A stretch of DNA of 64,000 nt from an uncultured Bacteroidales bacterium (GTDB lineage: Bacteria; Bacteroidota; Bacteroidia; Bacteroidales; Bacteroidaceae). This document shows, in pieces, positions 52,701 through 62,600 of the stretch (position 1 is the stretch's first letter; every line of letters begins with the position of its first letter). The notes under the pieces are model-generated. The model worked only from the letters and a program-made list of their open reading frames with translations. It had not been told where the DNA came from and did no database searches. Where the stretch lies: contig CACXXT010000010.1 in NCBI GenBank assembly GCA_902771725.1, positions 18,193 to 82,192 on the forward strand, given 5' to 3'. The position numbers were made by a program, and so were the translations under genes.

Positions 52701-55700
52701 TGGATGGTGGCGCCGTTGACATTATTTTCGCGTGTTCCAGCAGGAGCAAAAGCAGCCCCAGTATTACCTGAGGTAACATTGACTCTGTCATAGTAGCCAC
52801 CATTATTTCTCACATAGATGGCTTTGCCCCAATAGGCCTCAATGGTGATTTCCGTAACACCGTCAGGAACATAATAGTAGCCGCCCTGAGCAAAGACACG
52901 ACCCGAGACACTGTAGAGGTCCTTCTGAGTGCAGTTGCGGTCTGCAAAGTTATAGCCGTCCTGCCAGTGAGCGACAAATGAACCTTCATTGCCGCCACTG
53001 ACGTTGGTAACCTTCCAACCTGTCACCACCTGGTCAGTGTAGTTGCCAGCATACTTTTCCTGCCATGTAGCACCGTCGGGGTTACCGAATACGGTGTTGT
53101 AATAGGGCAACTGCACCTTGCGGTAACCGAAATCGTAGTGCAGGGAGTCCATGTCGGTGATGGGGATGTTCAGATGCTGGTCAGAAGCAGAGCCTCCCGA
53201 CTTAATAATGACTGAAAGTGTTCCGAGTTGCTTTCCCTCGAATGGTAAGGCTGTGGTGCGGTCGAACCAGGGGGTGCCTGTATTGGTATTGATAATGGAG
53301 GGATATTTGCCGAAGGGCTTCAGTATCGGGTATGGGGCAAGATTGGGGTCAACCACCCACTTGTACATCAGTGAGGCATCCTTGGGAATGGCCTGCACCT
53401 GAGCGGTCGTCAATGTGCTCGGTGCCACGTCAGAGCCTACCCACCAACCACATAGTTCACGGTTACTGTTCAACAGGCTGCGGTGGAACTCCACCTGCGT
53501 GAGGTAGCGCTCATCGGCAGGGAACGAGCAGTTGTAGGCTGTGGGCTCACCATTGGCAGTGCTGAAGGTAGAGCCGCTTCTGTAGTAGTTGTAACTGCTG
53601 ATGCCTGTATTGGCAGCATTGGTTATCAGAGTGCCGCCATAGACGCCATGCTGGTTGGTGCCGCCTGTAATATTACCATAGAACATGCAGTTGACAACAG
53701 CTGTCTTGAGTTTAGTATATTTACCACCTGATACTTCTGCGGTTGACGCGAATGTGTTCTCTCCTACGATTCCAGCTGCAGTTGTGGAAGCGCTGACGTC
53801 AGCATAACTATAGCAGTTGATGACGCGAGAATCTCCATCCAGTTTACCCACAATACCTCCAGCACAGGTGCCACCAGAAACGGTAGGATGAGTGCCTTCA
53901 GGGAAAGTAGCATCGTTAGGCAAGATACCGCAGTTATAGATTCGGCTATATCCCTGAGCAATGCCAGCAATGGCACCCACATATTCATCAGAACTGCTGA
54001 TAGAAACATTCTGGAGGGTGACGTTCTTCACCACACCACCATCAACAGTGTTGAAGAGGGGATGGGTGAGACCCGTAATAGGCTGCGTGCCGCCATCGAA
54101 CGTGCCGCTGAAGGCTTGGGTGATGGGATCGGCACTACTGAAGTCGAGAGGAGCGGTGGCGATAACCTTATAATGTAATGAGGCTCCCTCCGCTGTATTG
54201 ACGTGATCAATAAAGTCTTCTACGTCTGGTTGGTACTTGATGGTATAAGGATTTCCTACAGTGCCGTCTCCATCCATGCCTTGTTTCAGGGTGGCAGTTG
54301 CTACGTCAGAGTTATCATAGTTCGTTGCGACAGCCATCGCATTGACGGTAACGGGTAGTGTGCTCGATACGATACCGCCAGAACTGATACTGCTACTTGA
54401 AGTGGTGGGGGGTGTGCCATCGGTAGTATAGTAAATGGTGACATCCGAAGCAGGGAACGAACAACTGATAGTGAAGCCGTCGTTGCCACTGCGGGCAATA
54501 TCCGGTGCTACACATTGCAGTATCACCGCATTGCTACCCACGATAGAGGTAATCATACCCTCTTTGACTGCGATGGCTTTGATGGTGACACCGCTGATGT
54601 TCTCAGTCAATGGTACAGTGTATTCGGTACTCGATGTGGTCGGGGTGGTGCCATCGGTAGTGTAGTAAATGGTAGCGCCAACAGTTTCTGTTGTAATAGA
54701 CACCGCATTGTTGCCGTTGTTTTGGATAATTGGTGTAGCTACCTGGGGAATAGATAACTCTGCCACAACGGAAGGGTCTAATTCCCCATGGGTGGCAATT
54801 GCTTTCACTGTCGTAGGACTGGTAACAGAGAACGGGCCAGTGTATGCAGTACTCGTGGTGGTAGGTTCGCTGTTGTCGGTAGTGTAGTGGATGGTGCTTC
54901 CTTCGGTTCCACAAGTGATAGATACCTTCGAGGTAATGTTGTCAAAACTAATAGCTGGTGTAGCACACCTTATGTCTATCTCACCCTCACCTATGTCGGA
55001 GTTGATCATATTATCCTTAACGGCTATCGCTTTGATGGGTTTACCTCCCAGTTCTTCTGATGCACCGGTGTAAAGTGTTGATGAGGTAGTAGGGGTAGTG
55101 CCATCAATAGTATAAAAGATCGTTGCACCGGGGGTTGCTGTTGTGATGGAAACATTATGGGTACCTGTTTCCTGCTGGATAGTAGGAGTTGCAACTTTTC
55201 CAATCGTTAATGTAGTCACTTCCGAATCGGTATATCCTTCTTTAGTGACAATGGCTTTGACGGTTGTCGGCTCTGTTAAGGTAAATGCCCCATTATACAA
55301 CGTACCGTTAGTAGATGATGGTGTTGACCCATCTGTGGTATAATAGATGGATGGCAATAAGGTAGCTGTCGTGATAGATGCCTTTCCAGTAGTTCTGTCG
55401 AAGGCAATTACAGGGTAGGCACATACGGTGCTAAAAGTTGTAGTTTTAAATTCCCAATGAGCACCATTTGTTGCGCCTCTGCTATTGATGATACCCATAT
55501 TGAGACCATTGGTAATGCTCGCTTGCGCATAACCGATACTACTGCTTGTCCATAAATTATCGATGAGCAGTTTAGGTATGATGGCATAACATGTTACACG
55601 GCCATTTCCGTCACCTCTCGCTGCCTGAACCACGACAAACTGATATCGCTCTTCGTTTGCTGAATTATAATCTTTTACATCAATTGCTTTTGTTTGGTTA

Positions 55701-56614
55701 CCTGTATTGTCGGTAGTACCGTTATAATACATGTATTTTCCCCCTGCTGCAGGATTAATAATGTAATAGTACTTATACCAAGTATCGGATGAAGCCTCTT
55801 TGAGATACCACGCCCTGCTTTCGTTTGCCTGATTGGTGAAGATGACCTTAGCGGGTGTAGCGTCAGTTGCGGCATAATAGGATTCCATTTGGACATTGTG
55901 TATTTCGTAATAATACTTGTCCGAATCCGTCGATGGCGTAAAAGGAGGGGTTGGGTATGTAAGGGTTCCGTTAAAGGGTACGAACTTCCATTTGGAGTTG
56001 ACGTCATTGATATAATGGTTTTTGTCATCATTTGTCAATCTGATGGGATAGGTATTGGTCTCACTACCATTTCGTTTGTTCAAGCCAAAATAAGACGGTT
56101 TACCTTTAGCATCAATATTAAAACCTGTTGTGTTATTAGTTTCGTTTAGCTCGATGTAGAATTTACATCTTTCATCATTATCTGAAGTTTTCTCTACCAA
56201 CGTAACACCTCTACTAGCATCGGTGTTAGCAGTACCACCGCCATGACAGATGTATTTCCCCGTACTATTGTTGACGATATAGTAATATTGAGTACCACCT
56301 TCTTCACCTGCATCCAGGAAATACCATAGCATATAGTCACCAAGGATATTGTTGGTTGTAATGGTATTATTATCCTTGGGCGCTATATAGAAACTCGGGA
56401 ACGCATTCGTCTGAATCAGATAGAATTTCTTCTCGCTATCTTCAATGGTACCATTCCCATCAGCATCAGTTGTTATTTCAACAGGGCTTTGTCCCCACAC
56501 ACTACCATTTCCCACAATGAGAAGTAGGAGCATACTCATCAGTATGGACAGCGTATGGTTAGAACCATGCTGATTCTTTGTAATTCGCAATGAAGGTCTA
56601 TATAAAGTTATCAT
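49739..56614 (-). CDS. giant secreted protein: N-terminal domain, five tandem ~75-aa Ig/FN3-like (chitobiase C-terminal-like) domains, GLUG-like module, long YGGG beta-helix-type repeat region
   Basis: 2291 aa. Signal peptide MSMLLLLIVGNGSVWGQ (true start possibly ATG ~56539). (I/F)YYTTDGTTPTTSST.YTG repeats. FSGTFDGG.Q.ITGL plus VGAIAGIA/AGGIVGK/AAGIVGE. Dozens of VYGGG/VFGGG units. There is no T9SS CTD at the end of this frame. Confidence 0.8.
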   Translation of the reverse strand: MITLYRPSLRITKNQHGSNHTLSILMSMLLLLIVGNGSVWGQSPVEITTDADGNGTIEDSEKKFYLIQTNAFPSFYIAPKDNNTITTNNILGDYMLWYFLDAGEEGGTQYYYIVNNSTGKYICHGGGTANTDASRGVTLVEKTSDNDERCKFYIELNETNNTTGFNIDAKGKPSYFGLNKRNGSETNTYPIRLTNDDKNHYINDVNSKWKFVPFNGTLTYPTPPFTPSTDSDKYYYEIHNVQMESYYAATDATPAKVIFTNQANESRAWYLKEASSDTWYKYYYIINPAAGGKYMYYNGTTDNTGNQTKAIDVKDYNSANEERYQFVVVQAARGDGNGRVTCYAIIPKLLIDNLWTSSSIGYAQASITNGLNMGIINSRGATNGAHWEFKTTTFSTVCAYPVIAFDRTTGKASITTATLLPSIYYTTDGSTPSSTNGTLYNGAFTLTEPTTVKAIVTKEGYTDSEVTTLTIGKVATPTIQQETGTHNVSITTATPGATIFYTIDGTTPTTSSTLYTGASEELGGKPIKAIAVKDNMINSDIGEGEIDIRCATPAISFDNITSKVSITCGTEGSTIHYTTDNSEPTTTSTAYTGPFSVTSPTTVKAIATHGELDPSVVAELSIPQVATPIIQNNGNNAVSITTETVGATIYYTTDGTTPTTSSTEYTVPLTENISGVTIKAIAVKEGMITSIVGSNAVILQCVAPDIARSGNDGFTISCSFPASDVTIYYTTDGTPPTTSSSSISSGGIVSSTLPVTVNAMAVATNYDNSDVATATLKQGMDGDGTVGNPYTIKYQPDVEDFIDHVNTAEGASLHYKVIATAPLDFSSADPITQAFSGTFDGGTQPITGLTHPLFNTVDGGVVKNVTLQNVSISSSDEYVGAIAGIAQGYSRIYNCGILPNDATFPEGTHPTVSGGTCAGGIVGKLDGDSRVINCYSYADVSASTTAAGIVGENTFASTAEVSGGKYTKLKTAVVNCMFYGNITGGTNQHGVYGGTLITNAANTGISSYNYYRSGSTFSTANGEPTAYNCSFPADERYLTQVEFHRSLLNSNRELCGWWVGSDVAPSTLTTAQVQAIPKDASLMYKWVVDPNLAPYPILKPFGKYPSIINTNTGTPWFDRTTALPFEGKQLGTLSVIIKSGGSASDQHLNIPITDMDSLHYDFGYRKVQLPYYNTVFGNPDGATWQEKYAGNYTDQVVTGWKVTNVSGGNEGSFVAHWQDGYNFADRNCTQKDLYSVSGRVFAQGGYYYVPDGVTEITIEAYWGKAIYVRNNGGYYDRVNVTSGNTGAAFAPAGTRENNVNGATIQTTSIKETLTAANIDAKKTVYDYALVLVGNVQESVGKSDVVHQTQDTRGFTIMSVDLDFDEEPDYCLEWQLGKEMARQVIAPIRFDFLPVVELGIAGKLHNSKDFYSLGCYRSKGHFEVTETAFIRFGQFEFELGTRDDGPIILNGGIYDQYSRGRNGETNQHINYVILGGHIVMPSFTPGAHVNTNAKYQTRHCAVNVLGGDFTSFYLTGGYNEAIKPYEDNPHCYIDGGRFGTIAAAYKEGIWGDVTWRINHALIGEFYGGGVMAQATGDTYKIVKGSIDVVINNSIVGKYCGGPKFGDMVSGKTVKTSATGTTFNQFFGAGNGGTNYVQYANTDGTGVPVTDWSSTINSNYTPGKYRNKDQGYAANYDLEVINYSTGDGNGKFVNRSYYYSAQFATTNTGNVTSTLTDCTINTNFYGGGFLGGVTGNVTSTLTNCTVNGAVFGAGYSASAGTVNIYNKDKVPPVPNTYTGMIKPQSGGTFTTYEWTNNKTFGTKTLSTGSPTILNPNGDGKNYIYTEVSLENLGSVSGNVTLTINGNTVADKNGKVMKVGHSVYGGGEESTVNGDTEVNVSGGTIGTTGKGGATWGNVYGGGKGKENDVTAGLVKGNTNINISGSPTILHNVYGGGAYGSVGDFTYDATSGMPTTLKTANTGACTITIKGGTIGSNGQENGMVFGSSRGDVAIPEGEPAVDPNDRMAWVYSTHVTVGDTGVETTPWIKGSVYGSGENGHTFQNTIIDIKKGTIGIAVGETVGGYSGAAYPYRGNVYGGGCGTDKYDSNGDGTKDKYNPLAGIVQGTATVNIIGGHVVHNVYGAGAMGSVGGGAEANSGKTTINVTGGRIGYDGDGNGHVFGAARGEFGVSTAASGLANVRETEVNIGYATTPAADNEGKTAQLIAGSVFGGGEAGTVKESVAVNMTGGLVLNDVYGGGALADTQTSNWDATAGNWATGKTSASTTTTVRLTGGNILGEAYGGGLGETVAMYSWT
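54278..55423 (-). repeat. five tandem domain repeats (~75 aa each) inside the 2291-aa ORF
   Basis: Units start CAYPVIAF.., VATPTIQQ.., CATPAISF.., VATPIIQN.., CVAPDIAR.. Each contains ..I(Y/H/F)YT(T/I)DG(S/T)(T/E)P(T/S)..S. The C- and V-type units alternate. Confidence 0.75.
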
Positions 56615-56620
56615 ATCTTG

Positions 56621-59600
56621 TTACTTGATTGCTATCTTCTTTTGGATGCGGCCGTTGGCGGCGCGGATGATATAGACACCGGCAGCAGGAGTGTAGGTAT
56701 TGGTGGTCTCACCCGGCTGGATGGTGAAGTTGGCGATGGCGAGTCCACTTATGTTATAAATGCGCACATCGGCCTCCTCTCGGAGCGAGGAAGTGATGCT
56801 GATGGTGCGATTGTGAATCGTGAATACGAGGTCGCCCTCACCAAAGTTGTCACCTGACGGGTCTTCATCTTCACCAAAGGCAAACGACGACTCAATGCCC
56901 TCAATGAGGATAGAGCGGGCCGGTGCCTGTTTTGGAGAAGTGGCCACAAAGTACGGACGGAACGGCGTAGCAGCAGAACCCTCTGCAGGAGTCTTATCGA
57001 AGCTGTTACCATCCTTGTTCATGAGATAACCTGCAATAGTTTTGCTCATGTAGTTGGGCATGAACTTATAGCCGTCGATGGCGGAGGTGTTCATCTCATC
57101 GTCGCTGACAGCAATGGTGATTTCAGGTTCGGAGACGAAACTGATGGTCTGCTTGTCAAGCTGTGCAGGGGCAGTGGTAGCTGTATTCCTGACTTGCCAC
57201 TCACCGCTGAGGTCAAACTCATAGAACGTCTTGCCCGGGAAGCCTATCATATAGGGCTGGGCAGCAGCCAGCAGCGGATATTCAGCCAACGTACGGCCTT
57301 GCTGGTATCTGGTCTGATAGATGTCCGCGTTGGCATCCTGCTGTACATTCTTGCTATAGTAGTAGTCCCACAAGAAGGTGTTATCCACCTGCTTGTCCTC
57401 ATCGTCACCACTGGTAGGATAGTTGAAGGCCGCTGTAAAGAAGCCGTCGGTCTCGGGATTGGTATTAGCCTTCTGGCCATTGTATTCAGACAGCCAGTAC
57501 TCATGACCGACCTTGGTGCCATTCGCATCGACGGAGGGGCTTCCACTGTAGAAGTGGGTTATCTCGCCCTTATCCTGAGTAGATACCAGTTCTGCCGTGA
57601 ACGGCAGGCTGATGGTGGACCAGCCATTGGTCAGACTGATATAGTTGTCGGGGATACGCTGATACCACATGCGCTTGTCGTCAACAAACTGATAACTGAT
57701 AGGACAGTTGAAGTCTTTCTTATCGACCAGAAGCTGGTCGCTGATGGCCTTGAGGTCATGCTGTACCAAATGGCCAAAGACAGTCCAAGTGGGTGCTGCT
57801 TTAACACGCTTGTATCCGCTATGACCATCATTATAATTTGTTTCGTCATAGTCGCTGTATGCTGGCTCAGTGAAGTAGCCCGTCAGCACATCGTATGTCT
57901 TCTTGTTGACCTCCTCGGACGGAGCGTAAACCAACAGGTTCGGCGTCTCGTCGCGGTTGGTGATACTGTTCAGGCCGCTCTCGTCAAGCAGCGGACGATA
58001 GAATAGATCAGCACCAGCGGTAGAACCTCCAGACTCCCGACCGAGGGTCCAATAGCTGTCGTTATGACCGGCGAAGTCGATAGCCGTCATATTCGGATAA
58101 GCCGGATGCAGATAAGCATCAGAGGGGTTCGTAGTTTTCGCGTATGCCACGAGATTGACACTGGGGTTGAAGTGGGCAACGTCCATCGTCTTCGACTGAT
58201 AATAGGCAGGAGCACGATAAATGCGGTTGCTCTCGTCAGAGATTGACAAGCGGCCACTATTTTTAACGATATGCGAAGGCACTTCCTCGTGCGGACGCTG
58301 GTCGTTCCAGTTATAGGTCAGCATCTGTCCGAAGTAGAAGTAGTCATCCGGCCATATCGGATAGAAGTGGCTGATGTCATCAGCATCGACAAGCGTGCGC
58401 TCATCCTCGCTCTCGGGTATCACACCGTCTGCATAGCGGAAGTCGCCGTCAGCATAGCGGTCTTCTACATAACCACCATTGGCATAGACGCCATCAACAC
58501 CAGACGAACAGTAAGTGGCATTCTTGTCATAGTACTTTGTCTGCGGAGTAGATAAAGTGCCATCATCCTGGATCGTGTAATACTTATATGAAGTACCAGA
58601 AGCAGTCTCATGATCGTTGTAACGCTTGAACAGGTAGAAACCGTTCAGGTCGTAGCCCACCGTTCCGTTGTAGAATGCCGATTCTGGCATCGGGACAGCA
58701 TCGCCAGCCTTATAGCCCTTCGTCTCTGGGTAGTAGCAGTTCACCACCTGCTTGCGGTTGGTATCTGATGGATTGCCAAAGACAGCCTTGGTATTGGCGT
58801 CGAAGCCGCTGGTAGCGCTGGTGTTGATCCAGCAGTTCTCTACATAACCGTCACCGGTGTCGGCAACACCTGCGGAGGTGAATGAACCCGTCACTCCAAG
58901 GTTATATACATTTCCGCAGAGGCGGCCGAACAGCGAGTTGTCGAGTCCGTCGATGTGATAGCCGTCACCGTGGAAGTTACCAGAGAAGCAGTGACCTTCC
59001 TCACCGATTGGCGTCCAAGTGGATGAACCACTTGGCACAGTAACGTTGGTGTGCAGGATGAACTCGAGGTTCTGGCAGTCTCGGACATGCTCGTTGAGCG
59101 AGCTCTTACTGAGGTCGTAGAACTGTTTGAGCTGGGTAGCACCGTTGGTGGCATCAGTGATGTAAATCTTGGAGTTTCGCTTAACGGTAGGATTGTCTAC
59201 ATAGTAGTAGTGCTGGGTATCGTTAAGCACCTTTGTCAAGTCGTGGTAGTTGGCCACGCTCACCGGCACGGCGTTAGAATAGGTCTCGCCAAGATAGGTC
59301 TTTGCGTAGTAAGCCAGATAGAATCCATGCTGATACCAGTACAGAGGATCTGCAGTTGGGGTATATTCTATACCGTTGATGTGGCTCTCGGCATCGGACT
59401 TCTTCTCGAAGAGTTTCCATCCACCGCCTGTTACCTCATAGGCTCCAGGGGTCACGTGCGGTTCACGAACGCCGACGAACGTACCAGGCAGCACAATCTG
59501 CGGAGCCTTGATGTCCTCGACATAAGGAATACCGCTCTTGAACACGACATGGATGTTCACCACGTGGCGCTCGCTGACGGGAGTGACGTGAGCACCAGAA

Positions 59601-62600
59601 CCATCGCTCTCCTCGTAGTTGTACTCGTAAACGATAGTGATAATCTTCTCCTTCGAGAGGTCGAAGATGTCAGAGAAGCGGCTTACGTACAACGTACTGG
59701 TCTCCGTAGGAGCGATACCGTGGATGCTGAAGTCCTTCTGCCTATTAGCCAGGTCGTCGTAGTTGTCTTCTGTGATAACGAGACCTACAGGTACATTGTC
59801 GTTTACGTTGTAAGTACCGGTTTCTGCAGCACTGATACCAGTAACACCGGTAACAGCGACACCTTCTGTATTCTCACCCACCTTATAGCTTTCGCGGCAG
59901 TAGTAGTAAGTCTTATTCACATCATCATCAGTGAATGTCAGGGTGGTGATATTTGCCTTATCAGTGTCACCTAAGCTGCTATACGTGCTTGCAGAGATGA
60001 CAGTACCCACGGCGTATGGCGAGTTGCCAACCTGGAATGCGGTGTTGACGACATATACATCACCTGCCGCTTTCACGTCGATAGAAGTATAGTGCCGCTT
60101 CTCGTTCGGCAGGCTCTCATATTCCGTACGAGAATATTCCTCACCATTCTTCAGTGTTACACCGTTGTGAGTGGAGGTTTCGGAGCCGTTGTAGGTTGCG
60201 CTGTAGTCAACAGGTTTCGCCAGTGAGTAGCCTGCAGAATTCAGTTTGGCTGCCGCCAACGTTCCAGTAGCAGAGTCATACTGGTATTTCTTGCCCTCAG
60301 GATATATGACGCTGGTGCCCTCAGCATTCTTACTGTAAAGAGGATCGATGAGCACGTCGAAGGCATCGTAATTGAAGGCGAAACGCTCGCGGTCGGTCTT
60401 GGACATGGAGCTCCATACTTCCAGACCACGATAGTTCTTGTTCGCCTCGTAGTAGTTACCACCATAGAGACCATCCCTGGTGCAGTAGTAAGCAGGAACG
60501 ATATCATCCTGAATCATCTTTGCCAATGCAGGATTGGAGTCCTTGTAGGTATTGTAGTATGTCGTCTTCTCTGTCTCCGTCATGCGGTTGCCGACATAGA
60601 TGAACTCTGTCTTGCTGAGCTGGATGGTGCTGGTGCAGATATACGCAGGAGCCACATAACCGGACATTCCGGCAGCCTGTGTGGCAGAAACCGTACTACC
60701 CACATTCAGGTGAACGTCGTCTTTTGTATATTCACTTGTTACGATATAGGCTTCTTCGAATTCAGCCTGTCCATCTGGGATGGCAGAAGAATGCCCCGTT
60801 GCCATGGTCTGGTAAGTATCGTAAATACTCTTAGCGATAAGGTTACTTATCTTATACTCACGCTGTCCGAGGACACCGGCTTCACCGCTTGCCAAGTGAT
60901 AGGTAGGACCGTCTTCGTAGCCAGCCAAATCTTCATCTTTCTGTTTCTTTGCTGCAGTAGCACTCTCAACTTTGGTGTACCAGGTATCCCATTGTGTCGG
61001 GTTGTTCACCTTATAGGTCAGCATGTAACCCGTGTCGTGGCTCATGTTGTTGGATGAGCGATATACGAAGTCGAAGTCCACATTATCCTGCTTCTCTACG
61101 TGGTAAACCGTTGGGTGAGCAGCTTTCAATGTTTTGTATTCATCAGGCAGCATCACTGTTCCGGCCGGGATGATGCTGACATCCTCGCTGCTGTACTTGC
61201 AGTCAGCGATGGTGACGTATGTTTCATCGACAAACAGATTCTTCTCAGAACTGGTCAGCAGGAACCAATCCCAGTAGTTGATAGGATCGTTCAGATGGTA
61301 CTCCACTTCATTGATGACCATCTTCTTGCCCTCCTCCAGTTTCACACCAGGAGCAGAATAGTAAGCATACTTATTCGGCATCACGTTGAGCAGCTTCATC
61401 GTACCGTGTGAAGCAGCTGTGATGGTCAGCGGGATGTCCACCGTCTCGCTATAGGCATTAGGAGCTCCGGTATAGGCCGAGATGTACTGGTCATAAACAT
61501 ATACCGAACCCTTGATGTACCAATAGTGGGCAGGAACGGCATCGCTGCCTTTATACTTACCGCTGATGTTGTAGCAGTCGTCGATAATCGTCTGCGTACT
61601 GTGTACAAAGTTTCCGGATGTCTCCCATTCCACGTCTGCACCTTCGTATGTGAAGTCGCGTCGTGTGACAGCGCCGAGATTCAGCAAGGTCAGCGTATTA
61701 TGCTTGTGCTGAGTATATGTACCAGTCTTGTGTACGTTCTTGGCATATACGAAGCCACCGCCCATACCTGGCTGTACGTTGATGAGGTCGAGTTCTACAA
61801 CACCAGTGATATAGCCCCAGTCTTTCTCATTCAGACCGTCGCCCGTGCTCTGTTCGGTGGTCAGCTCGAGATATACACCCGATGCCAACGCCACCTTATT
61901 CTTACTGGTACCGTTGTTGCGCTTACGGTCATTGACGAAGCCTGCCTTCCAGTCGTAGTAGGTCGCTGTACCGTATGCTTTAGATGCAACAGGAGTGCCA
62001 CCGTTGTTGTACGCCTTGGATGCAGTCTTGAAGTCTGGATTGGAAGCGTTATCCGTAACACGCACATCCTTTGAAGGCAGGAAGAACACGTCACTGGTGA
62101 GGGCACCTAAGTAGTTCACGATGCTGTAAATACCGAAGTAGTTGCCGTGAACCTTCTTGCTTTCGTCGGATGCGTCAGTTGTTCTCACAGAAAGTTTCTG
62201 GTTGAGTGACACCTCACGCACACGGTTGATGGTGTAGTTGGTGTGATCGACAATCTCCGGCACACGGTCCTGTGCACCCTGCATCACCATACGGCTGCCG
62301 AAGACACCGCAGAAGTCCGCGCGCTGGATGGTATTCATCAGACGACCGGCATAGACGGGGACAACACCATTTTGCTCCCAATAAACAGGATTGGGGTATT
62401 TCTCGCCCGTTGTCGGATTCGAAAGAAGGAGATCGACATTACCGTCCTTGATACCTTCAAACACCGTCAGCAGGTCATCGATGGTCAGCGTAGAAGCTTT
62501 GCTGCTTTCGCCGCTTGCTGTATGGTAGGTGGTACCGTCCTTATCTGTACATTCCTTGATACACTTGTATTTCAGCTGATAGTAATCAGCTTCGCGCTCA

